Part shown: one piece after another, positions 40,330 to 54,429 of the stretch
How positions within the stretch are numbered: the first letter of the stretch is position 1
How the letters are laid out: every line of letters begins with the position of its first letter
Assembly (NCBI GenBank): GCA_964016885.1
Contig: OZ024741.1
Coordinates: 375,844,001 to 375,908,000, forward strand
Reading direction: 5' to 3'
DNA: 64,000 bases
Source: Eledone cirrhosa
Lineage: Eukaryota
Program-made: the position numbers and the translations under genes
The notes under the pieces: model-generated
Told to the model about the DNA's origin: nothing
The model's database searches: none
What the model saw: the letters and a program-made list of their open reading frames with translations, nothing else

Positions 40330-40580
40330 GTGGATGGTTGGACAGATTGTTGTCATCCTAATGTCTCTATACGAATGCCCTAGTATTTGTGTTCGGATAA
40401 ATGTTGCTAAATCAAAACCATTCAATGTTGATGTCGGACTCTGCCTGAGTTGCGTACTGCCACCTCTGCTGATCATAATCTTCAGGATTGACATGTGCTG
40501 CCGTGTTAGAAGTGGTATCACAACTGGCAAGTGCAGAATTAGTCGATTGGAATTTGTAGACAACATGGTAATACTTAACG
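40330..40580 (+). mobile_element. RTE-like LINE RT fragment
   Basis: SLYECPSICVRIN...SKPFNVDVGLCLSCVLPPLL...RISRLEFVDNMVIL, a degenerate form of GLRQGCVLSPLL and LFADD. Confidence 0.7.
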
Positions 40581-40909
40581 AGGACGACGACGAAGAAGAA
40601 GAAAAAGAAGAACAAGAAGAACAAGAAGAAGAAGAAGAAGAAGAAGAAGGAGGGGGTTACTTAAATGTTGCTGCTGTGGCAGGATGGGACATTTGTGTAA
40701 TGACAGGATATCTCGTCTACTATAACCCCTCCCTCCCCACTGCCGCCACCACAACTAGCAAAAGTTGAAAATACAGAACAGAACTACTGACGATTGAATG
40801 TTTTTGTGTTTCTCATATCTTATAGTAACATGCCATCTGTATCTTTTGACTTATAAGCATCTTATGATACAAGCAGTCAACAATGTTAATTTTGTATTTC
40901 TTAATTCTT

Positions 40910-41115
40910 TCTAGCATTGGCACAAAACTAGTAATTTGGGGTAAGTGGAAAGTCGATTATATCGACTCAAGTACCTAAATGGTACTATATATTATTGACT
41001 CCGGAAGGATGAAAAGCAAAGTTTACTTGGCCGGGATTTGAACTCAGAACGTAGAAAGTCGGAACTAAATACCACAAAGAATTTTGTCTGACGCTCTACC
41101 AATACGGCCAATCCA
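40910..41115 (-). mobile_element. Family-A-related SINE, diverged
   Basis: ggcacaaaac...ggtact...gaaggatgaaaagcaaag...gggatttgaactcag. Confidence 0.75.
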
Positions 41116-42014
41116 TCACCCTTCTAGCAACATTTTGTGGACATGTTCTCATGAATGAATCCCCCTGTCGATATATAACTTTAAACATATCCTTTAGGTC
41201 GCAATTCTACAATAGATATCGGAATTAGAATCCTACGTTAACTTTATTCGCCATATGTAAATTATTTTACCAAATCTCCAACAATTCCAAGGGATATACG
41301 GAATTACAATAGGATACATCTAATGTTATTTATATGGCTCAATAACCGAACTTTGAAGATGAACATTGGTATTGTAAAAGAAGGGTTAAGCCACATATAC
41401 AGATCCATTCAATACAAAAGCAATCAGAAAAAATGTTACATAAGCTTATGCTATAATACGAAGTAGAGGTATACTATAGATTAGAACATAGAAGTAGACA
41501 GTGTGAATACTGACTGTTTCTATCTTTGCGATCTAATTATCAAGAGCAAAAGGGGATCGGAAACTTTTCAGCGATTTTCAGTTTTCAGATCAACACAAAG
41601 CAGATTAGACAGAATAAAGGTGGTAAGGTTATAAAGTTAAAGCTACAAGGGATATGTTTGAAGATAAGGGAAGCATTAAAAGTGCTGAAAGATAAATAAA
41701 GCAGAGAGACGTTTATAGAAAAGAAAAACGAGATGGATGCTTTGTATTGGGCGAAATAACGAAATGGTCAATTTCCCGAAAGATTGGCTTGGTAGGTTGC
41801 TGGGAGGTCTTTAGACAAAAGAAGTTATTGACTTTGAGATAAAGGTGTTTCAATCAATACCGGATTATAAGCATTATAATTAACTACCTTGAAGTAAGTT
41901 TCTTATTCTTCCTCTTATGTTAGTAACCACTTTAACTCTTTTTCTGTCTTGTAAACGACCATAATGCCACTTACGGCGGTAGAAGTACCTGCAAGGTGAA
42001 AAGTTTTTATCTTT

Positions 42015-42087
42015 CAAAGAAAAGACGGTTCAAAGAGACATTCTGAAGAGAATCTTCAGAATGTCTCTTTGAATCGTCTTTTCTTTG
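42015..42087. repeat. Palindrome built on a degenerate HHR-like motif
   Basis: caaagaaaagacggttcaaagagacattctgaaga gaa tcttcagaatgtctctttgaatcgtcttttctttg. Confidence 0.85.
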
Positions 42088-42831
42088 GTTATCTATTCGG
42101 TTATCTATTGTCTTATCTTTGTCTGGCATGTTTGTAATGAACAATAGTAATTAATATCAATTGTTAATTGCAAATGTTCAACATAAAAGGTGACTATGTG
42201 TTACGTTTAATGTCTAGAGATAAGATATAAATGGGCTGTGTTATAAAATGTGTAAAGCTTCTAATACGTCATATTTGATACGGGTTCGATTCTTTCAGCG
42301 AACGTTTATACTTAGCCTGTTAATACATTTAGTAGAAGCACACAACTCACAGTTCTTATCCCATCATCCTATGATTACCATTTAGTTAGTAATTAATTAA
42401 TTTTAACTGTCGTATTGGTGTATGATATGAATACATATTTAATGTTTTTGATATTATTAAAGTTGGTAAACAGTCGACCAAATCCATCGCAGATGTTGGT
42501 GTAACAGCTGAACTCGCGATATTCTGTATATTGTGAGTGATGTTGTTAGTTAAAAATAAATAGGTAATCTTGTATTATAAAAGAAAATACTTAATTGGAC
42601 AGCGGGGAAAACTTTGTACTTAGAGTGTTTCATTAGATAGTGGTACTGTCTAGAAGACTTTCTATAGATGTAATGTTATCAGGGGAAACATCAGCCTTGT
42701 GTAGTCATTCTAAAATATCTTGAAATGAACAGTTTGATCATTTCAATAATTACCTATGATAACTTCCATGGTACGAAGTGCTTGAAATGTTCTGAACAAT
42801 AGTTGGAATTGCCGGAAAATATAAAAAAAAT

Positions 42832-42906
42832 GACTATTACCGAAGGTTTCGAGTAACTAGACGATTCTAACAGAAATGTCCTGCTCGTTCGTCAGACAAA
42901 ATAATT
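42832..42906 (-). ncRNA. Degenerate hammerhead motif
   Basis: ttttgt-CTGACGA-acgagcag...ttactc-GAAA-ccttcg-GTA-atag. Confidence 0.5.
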
Positions 42907-42986
42907 GTTTTGGATATACATTTTATATATACACACACACACACTCACACACACAAACACACACACACACACACACTCACACACAA

Positions 42987-43020
<34 letters not shown>

Positions 43021-43254
43021 ACATATATATATATTAAAAAGAACGATAAAGTTTCATTTACATTCATTTAGAATGTCATATAGAAGTCTTGTCAGCTTTC
43101 ACAACAATTCCATTGGTATTTTGCAATCTTCGGAGTAGTGCTTTCATGTTGTTCTGCAGCTCATTATTTCTATGTTTGTTGAACTTAATGTTCAGGGTCG
43201 TTTTCATTAAATCTTGTTCGAAAGCATCGAGATGAGGGTTTGTAGGCCAATTGA

Positions 43255-44200
43255 ATTGTTGTGAAAGCTGACAAGACTTCTAACGTGTATACCATGGATA
43301 TCGATACGTACAATAACTTCATACGCAACGAACTACACAAAAAATATAGAAAAACAAATGAAACTACGCTAGCAAATATTAACAACGAGGCATATAAAGT
43401 GGTGAAGAATCTCAAAATAGACGATAGAACCGAGCCGATTATACCCGCTACCCCCACCTTCAACCTGAACGACCATAAGGTAAATTTTGACTCTAACCCT
43501 AAGATCAGACTTATATGCCCTTCTAAATCAGACATAGGGAAAATTAGCAAACATATACTTGACAGAGTAATAACTCAAGTGAAAAAGAAAATTGAAATTA
43601 AATTATGGGGCAACACTAGCGAAGCAATTCGCTGGTTTAATAATGTTAAGAATAAGAATAAATCTAAGTTTATACAATTTGACATAGACGAATACTACTC
43701 TTCCATCTCACCAAGCACTTTACGTAAGGCCCTATCATTTGCTAAGGCCAATTCCGACCTAACGGAGGACGAAATTAATATTATTCTCGAGGCTAGAAAA
43801 ACCATTATTAAGTTCGATAACTGCTACTGGGAACGTAAGGACAGACCGACAAATTTCGATATTACCATGGGTTCCAACGACTCGGCGGAGGTCACGGATC
43901 TCGTGGGAATTTACATAGCCCACATATTACATAGTAAATTTAGTAATCTACAGGGGGTATATACAGAGATGACGGGCTCTTATTAGTTAATAACTTGAAT
44001 AACCAAAATCTTGAAAGGCTACGGAAAAATATTAGAAAATCTTTTAGTGAACTGGGTCTAAAAATAACATACGAATACAATCTTAAAGTAGTAAACTTTC
44101 TGGACGTAACTCTTAATTTAAATACCGGACAGGTACGACCCTTCCACAAGGTAAATGAGAACCTTACGTATATTAACTTTAACTCTAACCACCCACTCAT
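43255..44200 (+). pseudogene. PLE reverse transcriptase fragment
   Basis: VKADKTSNVY; RLICPSKSDIGKISK; QFDIDEYYSSI; FDITMGSNDSAEVTDLVG; GVYRDDGL (frameshift); VNFLDVTLNL; YINFNSNHP. Confidence 0.9.
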
Positions 44201-44305
44201 TTTTCTTCAACAATTCTTCCATAACTCGTAGAGTCACCTCTTACCGTACGTCAACCATATCCAGTGTGGTAATTAACCATTACTACATCTTGGATAATCT
44301 TATAC

Positions 44306-44347
<42 letters not shown>

Positions 44348-44560
44348 TAAATGGGAGGTATAGAGATTGTTTTAGCAAGAAGCTAACGGCATTCTATAAC
44401 ATATATGCGACTATAACGTCAAGATGGGAAAAGTAGTTAACGAAAGATTTAGGAAAAATAACTCAAACTCATCTCAAAAGAGAATCAGGATATAAATTCA
44501 TCCACAGAATTTAGTAAAATCCAGGGAAAATCTATAGACCTTTAACTCATGATAAAATAA

Positions 44561-45153
<593 letters not shown>

Positions 45154-45244
45154 CTGCTTCGTGGCAGCTTTCAATGATCGAGTCTAGTCAGTTACTTGCA
45201 GCTGCAACTTCAATTATACTCATTATTATCATCATTATTCTTTA

Positions 45245-45438
45245 CGGTGGATTGGCAGTATCGGTAGAGAGTCAGACGCCATGCTTTCCACCATAGTTAC
45301 GTCCCTTTACGATCTGAGTTCAAATCCCGCCGAGGTTGACTTTGCCTTTCATCCTTACGGGGTCGATAAAATAAAGTACCAGTAATGCACTGGTGATTTG
45401 CTGGCCTTGTGCCTAAAGTAGAAACAATTATTATTATT
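45245..45438 (+). mobile_element. Family-A SINE
   Basis: Full head, core and (ATT)n tail. Confidence 0.88.
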
Positions 45439-45730
45439 ACTATTTGAGTCTCAGTCATTGATGTTATTTAACTGGAAAGTTTGTTGAAATGAATATCAAG
45501 CCACTACCTGCAGCCTCAGATATTCAGGACGTATCGGAGAGTTCTTGCTGTTCCCAGCAAGCATGCCTTTTGAAGTGTTCCAAAAAGCGGGGCGGGACCA
45601 ATTTTCTTTAACCACCATTGGAAACTCTTTGAGATAGTACCTAGTGCGCCTATGACAATCATGACTTCATGACTTCATGGCAGTTCTAAATCCTTTTTAC
45701 CTCACACTTTAAGTCCTAGTACCGGTTAAT
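45439..45730 (-). mobile_element. R4/Dong-like 3' end (same family as 7570-8845)
   Basis: Reverse complement matches about 8545-8830 (gcatgcttgctgggaacagcaagaac...aatgactgagactcaaa). Confidence 0.88.
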
Positions 45731-45772
45731 TACATGTATATATATATATATATATAAATATATATATACATG

Positions 45773-45895
<123 letters not shown>

Positions 45896-45906
45896 TATAT
45901 ATATAT

Positions 45907-46052
<146 letters not shown>

Positions 46053-46111
46053 GCACATATATATATTTATATATGTGTATATATATATGTATATATGAAT
46101 ATTATTATTAT

Positions 46112-46415
46112 TTCGGCAATCGAGGTAGTCGGCACCTTCTTGGATGAATATGAAAGGTTGATGGGAACAAAACTAAACGTGGAAAAGTCCATGGAGAGGC
46201 AAGTCCATGCTGCCCAACATCGTGGTAGGGCATTGGACGGTCGGAGCGGTAAAGTTGCTCGGGGTTTGATTCTGACTAGACCTCCAGATGGATAATAACT
46301 GGGACGAGGTGACTATCAGGGTAGCCACTCTCACCCAGAAATTGGCCCAGAATACATCGCGTACATCGCGTACGTCATCTACAACCCGAGTGTCGTGCCT
46401 TGCCCCAACGACTTC
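46112..46415 (+). mobile_element. Tx1-like RT fragment
   Basis: [20 protein letters not shown]; NWDEVTIRVATLTQK. Confidence 0.75.
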
Positions 46416-46679
46416 CTCAGGAGTTACGGGTCCATGCAGACGTTATCTATTATACTTTTACTGTTATTCTGTACTGTTATTTTTTACTGTCTGCATACTA
46501 AAGCACTGCCTAGAAAACTTATTGGTTTTACGACGTTTCTTGGGCAGTTCTTTCTCAAACCTGGCGGCGCCCATTCCTCTCCAGGTCTGAATACAACAGA
46601 TTTCTTCCAGACTCCCAGAGACGGATAAGGGTAAGAAACCGGAAGTGAGAAAGAGATATAGAGGAAGAATAGACCCCAT

Positions 46680-46825
46680 TACTTGAGTGGTAATTTTTTT
46701 TATCGAGCTGGAAATGGATGAAATGCAAAGTTCTCCTTGGCGGGATTTGAACTCAGATAGTAGAGACTCGAAATGAGTACCGCAAAGCTTTCTATCCGAC
46801 TATCTAACGACTTTACCAATTCGCC
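46680..46825 (-). mobile_element. Family-A SINE, diverged
   Basis: ggatgaaatgcaaag...ggcgggatttgaactcag...ccaattcgcc. Confidence 0.7.
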
Positions 46826-47316
46826 ATCATAATAGATTAAACTAAGATTTAATGTCAATGTTACGACATCTTTTATGACATATTTATTACACGACATGTG
46901 ATAGTAGGCGCTTCACTTCCCAAGAGTGCTCTGATTTTTTTTATGTCTTAGACAGCTTCCTACAGGGCAAAATAAGGTTGGTGAACATCTGTAGCTTTCT
47001 GAATGGTATATGTTTTAATTCATTTTTCTTGTATCATCAACCCAGTCATGTCACTGAAGATTCGATAGTTAGAAATGTGGTGAAAAATATATCCTGTGAA
47101 TTCCACTTGGCCATTAACTATCGATCTCAGCCATCGTCTGCTGTAAATAATTGAACAAAAAAATAATAATAGTAAAAAATTGAAATAAAAACTAAGTTTC
47201 GAAACGTCTGGTCCATTAGTTATGGGAATAAAGAGACGAAAGTTTAAAGTTCATATGTACTGCGCACATAAAACGTACATACATATATACATATATACAT
47301 AGATAAATACGTTCGT

Positions 47317-47520
<204 letters not shown>

Positions 47521-47896
47521 ACATAATACTTATACACATACATATTCTTTGTTGTTGAAGCGAATAACTCTGACATATATAAAGTATATTTTATAAATTA
47601 TGTATTACAGTGAAATAACTAAAAATACAGCTGCACACATACATTTTTTGATATTTATAATAAATGCTATGTGATAGAATGTCTTAACACTATACTATAA
47701 TACCTCTGGTAGTTCTTATATAAATTTTATATACACACATGCTCAAGCTCACACAAACACACACACTTACACACTACACATATACCTTGGGCTTCTGAAG
47801 TGTCCGTCTACCAAATTGCACTCACAAGGCCACGATGGTGATTAGAAGCATTGAATAAAAAATCACGCAGCTTGTAAGACACTCTCTTAAAAGGCA

Positions 47897-47927
<31 letters not shown>

Positions 47928-48341
47928 GAATATGTGTGTATTTCATTAATATATTGCCCCAAACTCCCCTGTGGTCGAGTTAACCACGAGTGTACTAACT
48001 GCTATTTCTAGCAAATATCTTATTCGTTCATTGTCCACCTTACTACCCTTCTGTGAACAATATATCACGTGTTAATTTCTCACTTACTACGAAAGAAACA
48101 GTCCTTTTTTATGACAACTGTATCACGTCTTAATTCCTTCCCCATCTCTCGAGACTTTCTCACCTACTACGAATGCGTCAAGAAACAATCCTTTTTTCTT
48201 GATAAGCCGTATCAACCTCACAGCGATGATGAATTTTTATAGTGCAGATATTTCACACCGATCGGCGAAACTGCGGTCGGAAAAATAGGTATATTTCCTT
48301 ATATTTTGTATATATATATATATATATATATATACAAAATT

Positions 48342-48808
48342 AAATTAAGGGCATGTCAGAGAGACATGCGCCATATCCACTGCAGAATAAGCTCAAAGAT
48401 TCCAATGAATAGATCCGAGCATTTTATATCAACTAGAAATAGATTGACATATATATATATAAAATAAACATATGAAACAATCACACCGAATAATTTGTAA
48501 AGTGTGTAAGCACACATATCTAGGTAGGTAACTAATTAAAGTTTAACTAGAACTTCAAACCTTTTAAAATGATTAATCTTCCTCGTATATATTTATTTAA
48601 ATAAAAAATATATTTCACCAATTAATCAGTAAATCACAGTAGTCAAATCCCGGATGGTCACTGTGATTGTTTCATATGTTTATTTTATATATATATATGT
48701 CAATCTATTTCTAGTTGATATAAAATGCTCGGATCTATTCATTGGAATCTTTGAGCTTATTCTGCAGTGGATATGGAGCATGTCTCTCTGACTTGACACC
48801 CTTAATTT
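48342..48808. repeat. Inverted repeat with ~143-bp arms and ~177-bp spacer
   Basis: aaattaagggcatgtcagagagacatg...tgaaacaatcaca / tgtgattgtttca...catgtctctctgac...cccttaattt. Confidence 0.92.
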
Positions 48809-49104
48809 TGGATATATATACGCCCCCTTAATTGTAGAGCTAACTCAGTTGAATGGACTCGGCTGCTATTTCTAGCTGTCGATAATCCTATTCACGCCAC
48901 TGGGATGACGCTGTGCGATGTGTGTATTTAAAAGAAAAAATGCAATACGTGGTACGAGTCATTCACAGATTTGCATTTGCTGCGTAAACACAGATGGTTG
49001 GATCTTCTCCTTTGGTGACTATCCGGGATTTGACTACTGTGATTTACTGATTAATTGGTGAAATATGTGGGAGCATGTCCCGATAAAGGGGGGGGGGGGG
49101 GGGG

Positions 49105-51842
49105 GGTAACGGCCTCAAACAGTTAATCGAGCGATTTGACCTGGCCGATAGATATCGACTAGATTTTCCGACTGCGCCACTGTGGACGTGGAGTAATCGT
49201 AGCGGAACATCTAGATCGTACCTAGATAGGGTTCTAGTTAGAAATAAGGATAGGGACATGTTAAGCTGTCCACAAATGTTCATGGTTGCCTATTCAGATC
49301 ACAAACTAGTGACCTGCATGGCCAACCTTGATAGAACCCATAGACAAGGACCCGGCTACTGGAAGCTGAACTTGTCGTTACCGACAAGCAAAGCCTACAG
49401 TAGACGGATTAGCACTTTAGTTAAACAGCACTTGACAGGGGCCATTATCAACAACAGATGGTGGTACTCTCTCAAGAGGGCAGTTAGATAATCTCGTTAG
49501 TTTTTAGTAAAGAATTAGCGTTAGATAGAAATAGAACCGAGAAGGAACAGGTAGATAAAGTAGAAGAGGCAATTAGAAGTGGCAACGTAGCCAGCGTGCT
49601 AGCAACGAGAACGGCCTTGGACCAGTTCTTCGACGCAAAGCACGAGGGCTGCGTTGTCAGAAGCAAAATACGTGCTCTGGGAAACGAGGGAGCCAAAGCT
49701 GTTAGCTGGGCCCAAGTGACGGAGGCAAAAAGTGGCAACAAGTCCACGATTCGGTCTTTGAAGGACCAAAACGGACGCGTGATACGTGAGCCGAAGCAGA
49801 TGTGTGCGGCCTTTCAGCGGCATTTTGCTCAACTGTTCGGGAGGGGCGGCGCGCCGGGAGGGGCTATGGATTTCGGTCCATACCTCGAAGGCCTACCGCG
49901 ACTCTCGGACAGCGAGGCAAAGTTCTGGATGCGGTGCTCGTGGCGGCAGGCTTCGGACCCGTGCTACCGGGGAGCATTGCCGGTTTGTGATAAGCTCTAC
50001 AGGCACGGAGGTGCTGTCAGCTGAGCCTGTTCGAGATGCGCGCAATGCACAACAGCAACATCTGCTCAAGAGCCGTTCCATATTACGCGATCCATTCGAC
50101 AGGGATGCCCTCTCCCCTCCCTTCTGTACGTACTAACTCTCGAGCCACTACTGCGGAAGTTGGAGCTATTGCAGGGCATCCCTCTGGAACCGGGACTGCG
50201 GAAAGCGGCGTCGGCCTACGCCGACGACGTGACAGTAATGGTGTCGAGCGCCTCGCAAATCGAGGAAGTCGGCACCTTACTGAAGGAATACGAAAGTTTC
50301 ACAGGAGCGAAGCTGAACCGGGACAAGTCCATCGGTTTGCAACTCGGATCGTGGAGAGGCAGACCGATGCCTTCCGATGGCGTCGTCGGACGCTGGACGG
50401 AAGGACCGGTAAAGCTGCTCGGGGTCTGGTTTGGTCCGGACCTCCAGGTGGAGAAGAACTGGAACGAAGTGACGGCCAAGGTGTTTGCACTCACCCAGAA
50501 GTGGGCCGACTGCAAACTATCCTTGAAAGGTCGAGCGGAGGTGGCGAACACTTTTATAGCGTCCGCCATCTACTACCGCTTGACCGTCGTGCCTTGTCCA
50601 GCCAAAACGCTCGCCAAAATGGAGCGCGCGCTCTTCCAATTCCTTTGGAAGAGGCGGGCTCCTTTGGTGATAAGATCCATCTGCTGCCAACACCCTTATA
50701 ACGGAGGGCTGGGGATGCCGTGGTTGACGATGCGCAAACACGCGCTCAGGCTGCGGCATCTCTACGTATTCCTCACCGGACAACCGGTGTGGGCCCCGTT
50801 CGTGAGGCGAGCCTTCCCACGACTCGTCTCGCTGACCGAGCTGCAGTCCTGGGTCAAGCAAAGACCGAGGAAAATGGGCGACTGGCACATCGAATGTGCT
50901 CAGGCGCTCACAGCCCTCTGGCAGGCGGACCCGGCGATCAGTGGAGACTCCACTTCGTCATTCTATAGAGGGTTGATCCGCAGCAAGTGCGACGACGCGC
51001 TCGGTGAAACTCTAGGCGTAGAGGAAGATGAACTGGCCAGTCTGTTCGGTAGGACCTTCCGCCCGGGACCGATGGACAACTTCCAAAAGTCCCTGGCCTG
51101 GCAGTGCTACCGAGGAGCTCTACCAGTTCGAGACAAGCTCTACAGACATGGGCGCCCGGGCAGGGACCCTGCAAAAAAGATCTGTCCGAGGTCCGTGCGA
51201 AACGAAGAAACCGTCGCGCACGCATTCATACACTGCCCGGGCGTCACTGACCTGTGGGGCTATGTAGAACGACTATTGTCGCGGGTGGGACCAATCTGGT
51301 TGACCACCGAGTCCATTGTCATGATCAAAACGCCACCCTCCTTCAAAAACGAAGGAGAGGCGGTTTTCCTTTGTGTGATAGCTATGGCGAAAGAGGTTGT
51401 ATGGTGGACAAGGTTGAAAGGGCTGAGGTCAGACACCTTTCTCTCCGGCCAACAACTGATTCTTTTTTTCAAATACCACTTTGGAAGAAGAATCAGGATG
51501 GAGAGAGAGGTGCTGTACCCCAGCAAGTTTTATGAAAGGTGGGTGAAAGTGGCGAGAATGGCCCGAGTGAATGGGCCTTCTCTCTATATCAGCCTGTAGG
51601 TTGAGGAAAAGGAGGAGGAGAGGAAAGGAGTACAAACTCTTCGTACTCCTGGAGATGAGGGTTGCACATTTTTTTTCGGGGGTATGTGTTACCCATATAA
51701 ACTGTCTCCCTCTATTGGGGAAAATCGACTAACTTTTTAAATTCCATTTGTGATAACATTTTACACGTTTTTATTGTATGTAAACTTCCCCCTTTGTATT
51801 TGTCCCCTTCTTTTGTGCCCCTGTGGCTAATAAAGAAATATA
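49105..51842 (+). mobile_element. Third Tx1-like LINE copy: 5'-truncated, internally deleted, intact 3' end
   Basis: SRSYLDRVL, YSDHK, PGYWKLN. ORF 50160-51599 (479 aa; AYADD, ICPR...ETVAHAFIHC). AATAAA at 51829 followed by (TATC)n. Confidence 0.92.
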
Positions 51843-51945
51843 TCTATCTATCTATCTATCTATCTCTCTATCTCTCTATATATAGGTAGAACACTGGAAG
51901 GTAATATCCGTAGAGCACTCAATTCATGGGACGAGTTAGGTAGAA

Positions 51946-52059
51946 GTGGTAACACAACAGTTAGTTCACCATACCGAGAACAATTGTTTCACCTTAGCGG
52001 ATCCTCAGCTCGGTGAAACAATTGTTCTCGGTATGGTGAACTAACTGTTGTGTCACCAC
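51946..52059. repeat. Palindrome containing a hammerhead motif
   Basis: ~48-bp arms gtggtaacacaacagttagttcaccataccgagaacaattgtttcacc and its reverse complement. Confidence 0.9.
51973..52014 (-). ncRNA. Minimal hammerhead ribozyme motif
   Basis: accgag-CTGAGGA-tccgctaaggt-GAAA-caatt-GTT-ctcggt. Perfect 6-bp stem I and palindromic ACAATTGT stem III. Confidence 0.7.
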
Positions 52060-52060
52060 A

Positions 52061-52100
<40 letters not shown>

Positions 52101-52459
52101 CGTATACACGCGCACACACCCGCATATATATATATAGAGAGAGGCTGAAAGACAAGATTTTCCGAAGAATAGATTAAGGGAGAAATCGCTCTATGTAAAT
52201 TAGGGTCAAAGTATATTATATAAACAATTTCTTAACACATCGAAGAGAACATTTGGGGTGTATTTATTTAGCCTAGGTAGACTCGTTAGTAAATCGGACG
52301 ACCTTTCTGGCATGTGTTGTAACCTCTGTCACTTGGTTAGTGATGGGACCAACTCCTGAACTTTATCTAATAGTTGATTCTACTTTTTAAATATATAGTG
52401 ATGGGGTGATGGAGGAGTAAACGTCTGTTATAACCAGTCGAGATCTCATATATGAAATA

Positions 52460-52645
52460 ACTGTTTCTACTTTAGGCACAAGGCCAGCAATTACCCAGTA
52501 CATTACTGGTACTTTATTTTATCGGCCCTGTAAGGATGAAAGGCAAAGTTAACCTCGGCGGGATTTGAACTCAGACTGTAAAGGGACGTAACCATGCTAG
52601 AAAGCGTGGCGTCGAACCCTCTACCGATACTGCCAATTCACCATG
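52460..52645 (-). mobile_element. Family-A SINE
   Basis: Full-length reverse complement of the consensus. Confidence 0.88.
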
Positions 52646-52665
52646 AAATAACGCTCAGCTATCTT

Positions 52666-52742
52666 GGTTATGCCTGAAGATAACTAAATTAGCATGTCGG
52701 TCCTATGCTGGCTGAAGTTTGAAACCTTAGGTAGTATGCATT
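52666..52742 (+). ncRNA. Hammerhead ribozyme motif
   Basis: ttatgc-CTGAAGA-taact..ttagcat..atgctgg..agttt-GAAA-ccttag-GTA-gtatg. Confidence 0.65.
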
Positions 52743-52753
52743 TATATTGAGAA

Positions 52754-53110
<357 letters not shown>

Positions 53111-53171
53111 ATTAAATAGCTCTGTACTATACTTAGAGCACTATTGTTTCCCTTACATTTTCTACGGCAAT

Positions 53172-53256
<85 letters not shown>

Positions 53257-53971
53257 GATAACGAAATATCGTTATAGGTAATCCAGTTAGAGGTTGTGAA
53301 TACTTCGTATTGTGGATAGTTTTAGCGTACGGCGTTGTTTGATTCAACAAGGGGTTTACGTAGGTGGCGAGTTTATGAGTTCTCTTGCATTCCGATGTAA
53401 GTTTATCTTGGAGTAATAATATTGAAAGAGTGAAGATTAACATGGTCAACAGTACAAAAAAGGGTTTTATTTAGAGTCTAACGATTGTTTCACTGATTAA
53501 GTTGTCTAAAAATTGCTGAACACTTGAAGCTGTGCCACTCAATTTTAAATACATTGTTAGTTTAACCAGGTCATCGGAGAAAGTGTTAAAATATGTTCAG
53601 TTTTCACAAATTCAAATTACAACATCAGTTATTAGATGCAAAATTTTTGGAATGATTTACATATTTTTACTGTTCCATTTATGGATTGTACTTGTAATTT
53701 CCTAACTAGTTGTGTTCTTTCTGTTCCTGTGAAGCCCAGCTTTCAAGATTTGTATTGAGGCAGTTACTAACATATCCTTGTGCTCCAATAATCACAGGCA
53801 TAAATCTGGAGGTATAATCAGGGTGGAGTATTTCTCATTAGTTCTGCATAAATATTCTCCTTTTGTATGTATATATATATGTATGCATGTATGTATGCGT
53901 ATATATATGAATATATGTATGCATGTATGTATGGTTTTGATCTTTAGTATATTTATCGTATGTGTATGTGC

Positions 53972-54036
<65 letters not shown>

Positions 54037-54332
54037 TATGGCTTTGTGGTGAAAGTGTCCGGCCCACAATTGAAGTGTCGTGAGTTAGATTCTCAGCAAC
54101 ACGTTTTGTCATAGAGAAAGATACATTATTCAACATGGTGAAGTTTATAAACTGAAGTAAAATATGTATAGCTGCCTCTATTCATCTTACTTAATATTGA
54201 TACTCCGTCTGATACCATATACTCTTATGGGTGGCTATGATGTGGAGCGCTTATGCTTGATTACACCAAAATTAGTTGATTGCTAATATATATATGTATA
54301 CATATATCTACATACACACACACACTCACACA

Positions 54333-54372
<40 letters not shown>

Positions 54373-54429
54373 CGGCATACGATTTCATATTGATATGAAA
54401 TCATATGTCGAAACAAAGGAGACTCAGAG

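Noticed and set aside
46420-46640. Possible mariner transposase remnant (SSPGLNTTDF resembling SPDLNPxDF)
   Set aside because: A single short motif; too little evidence.
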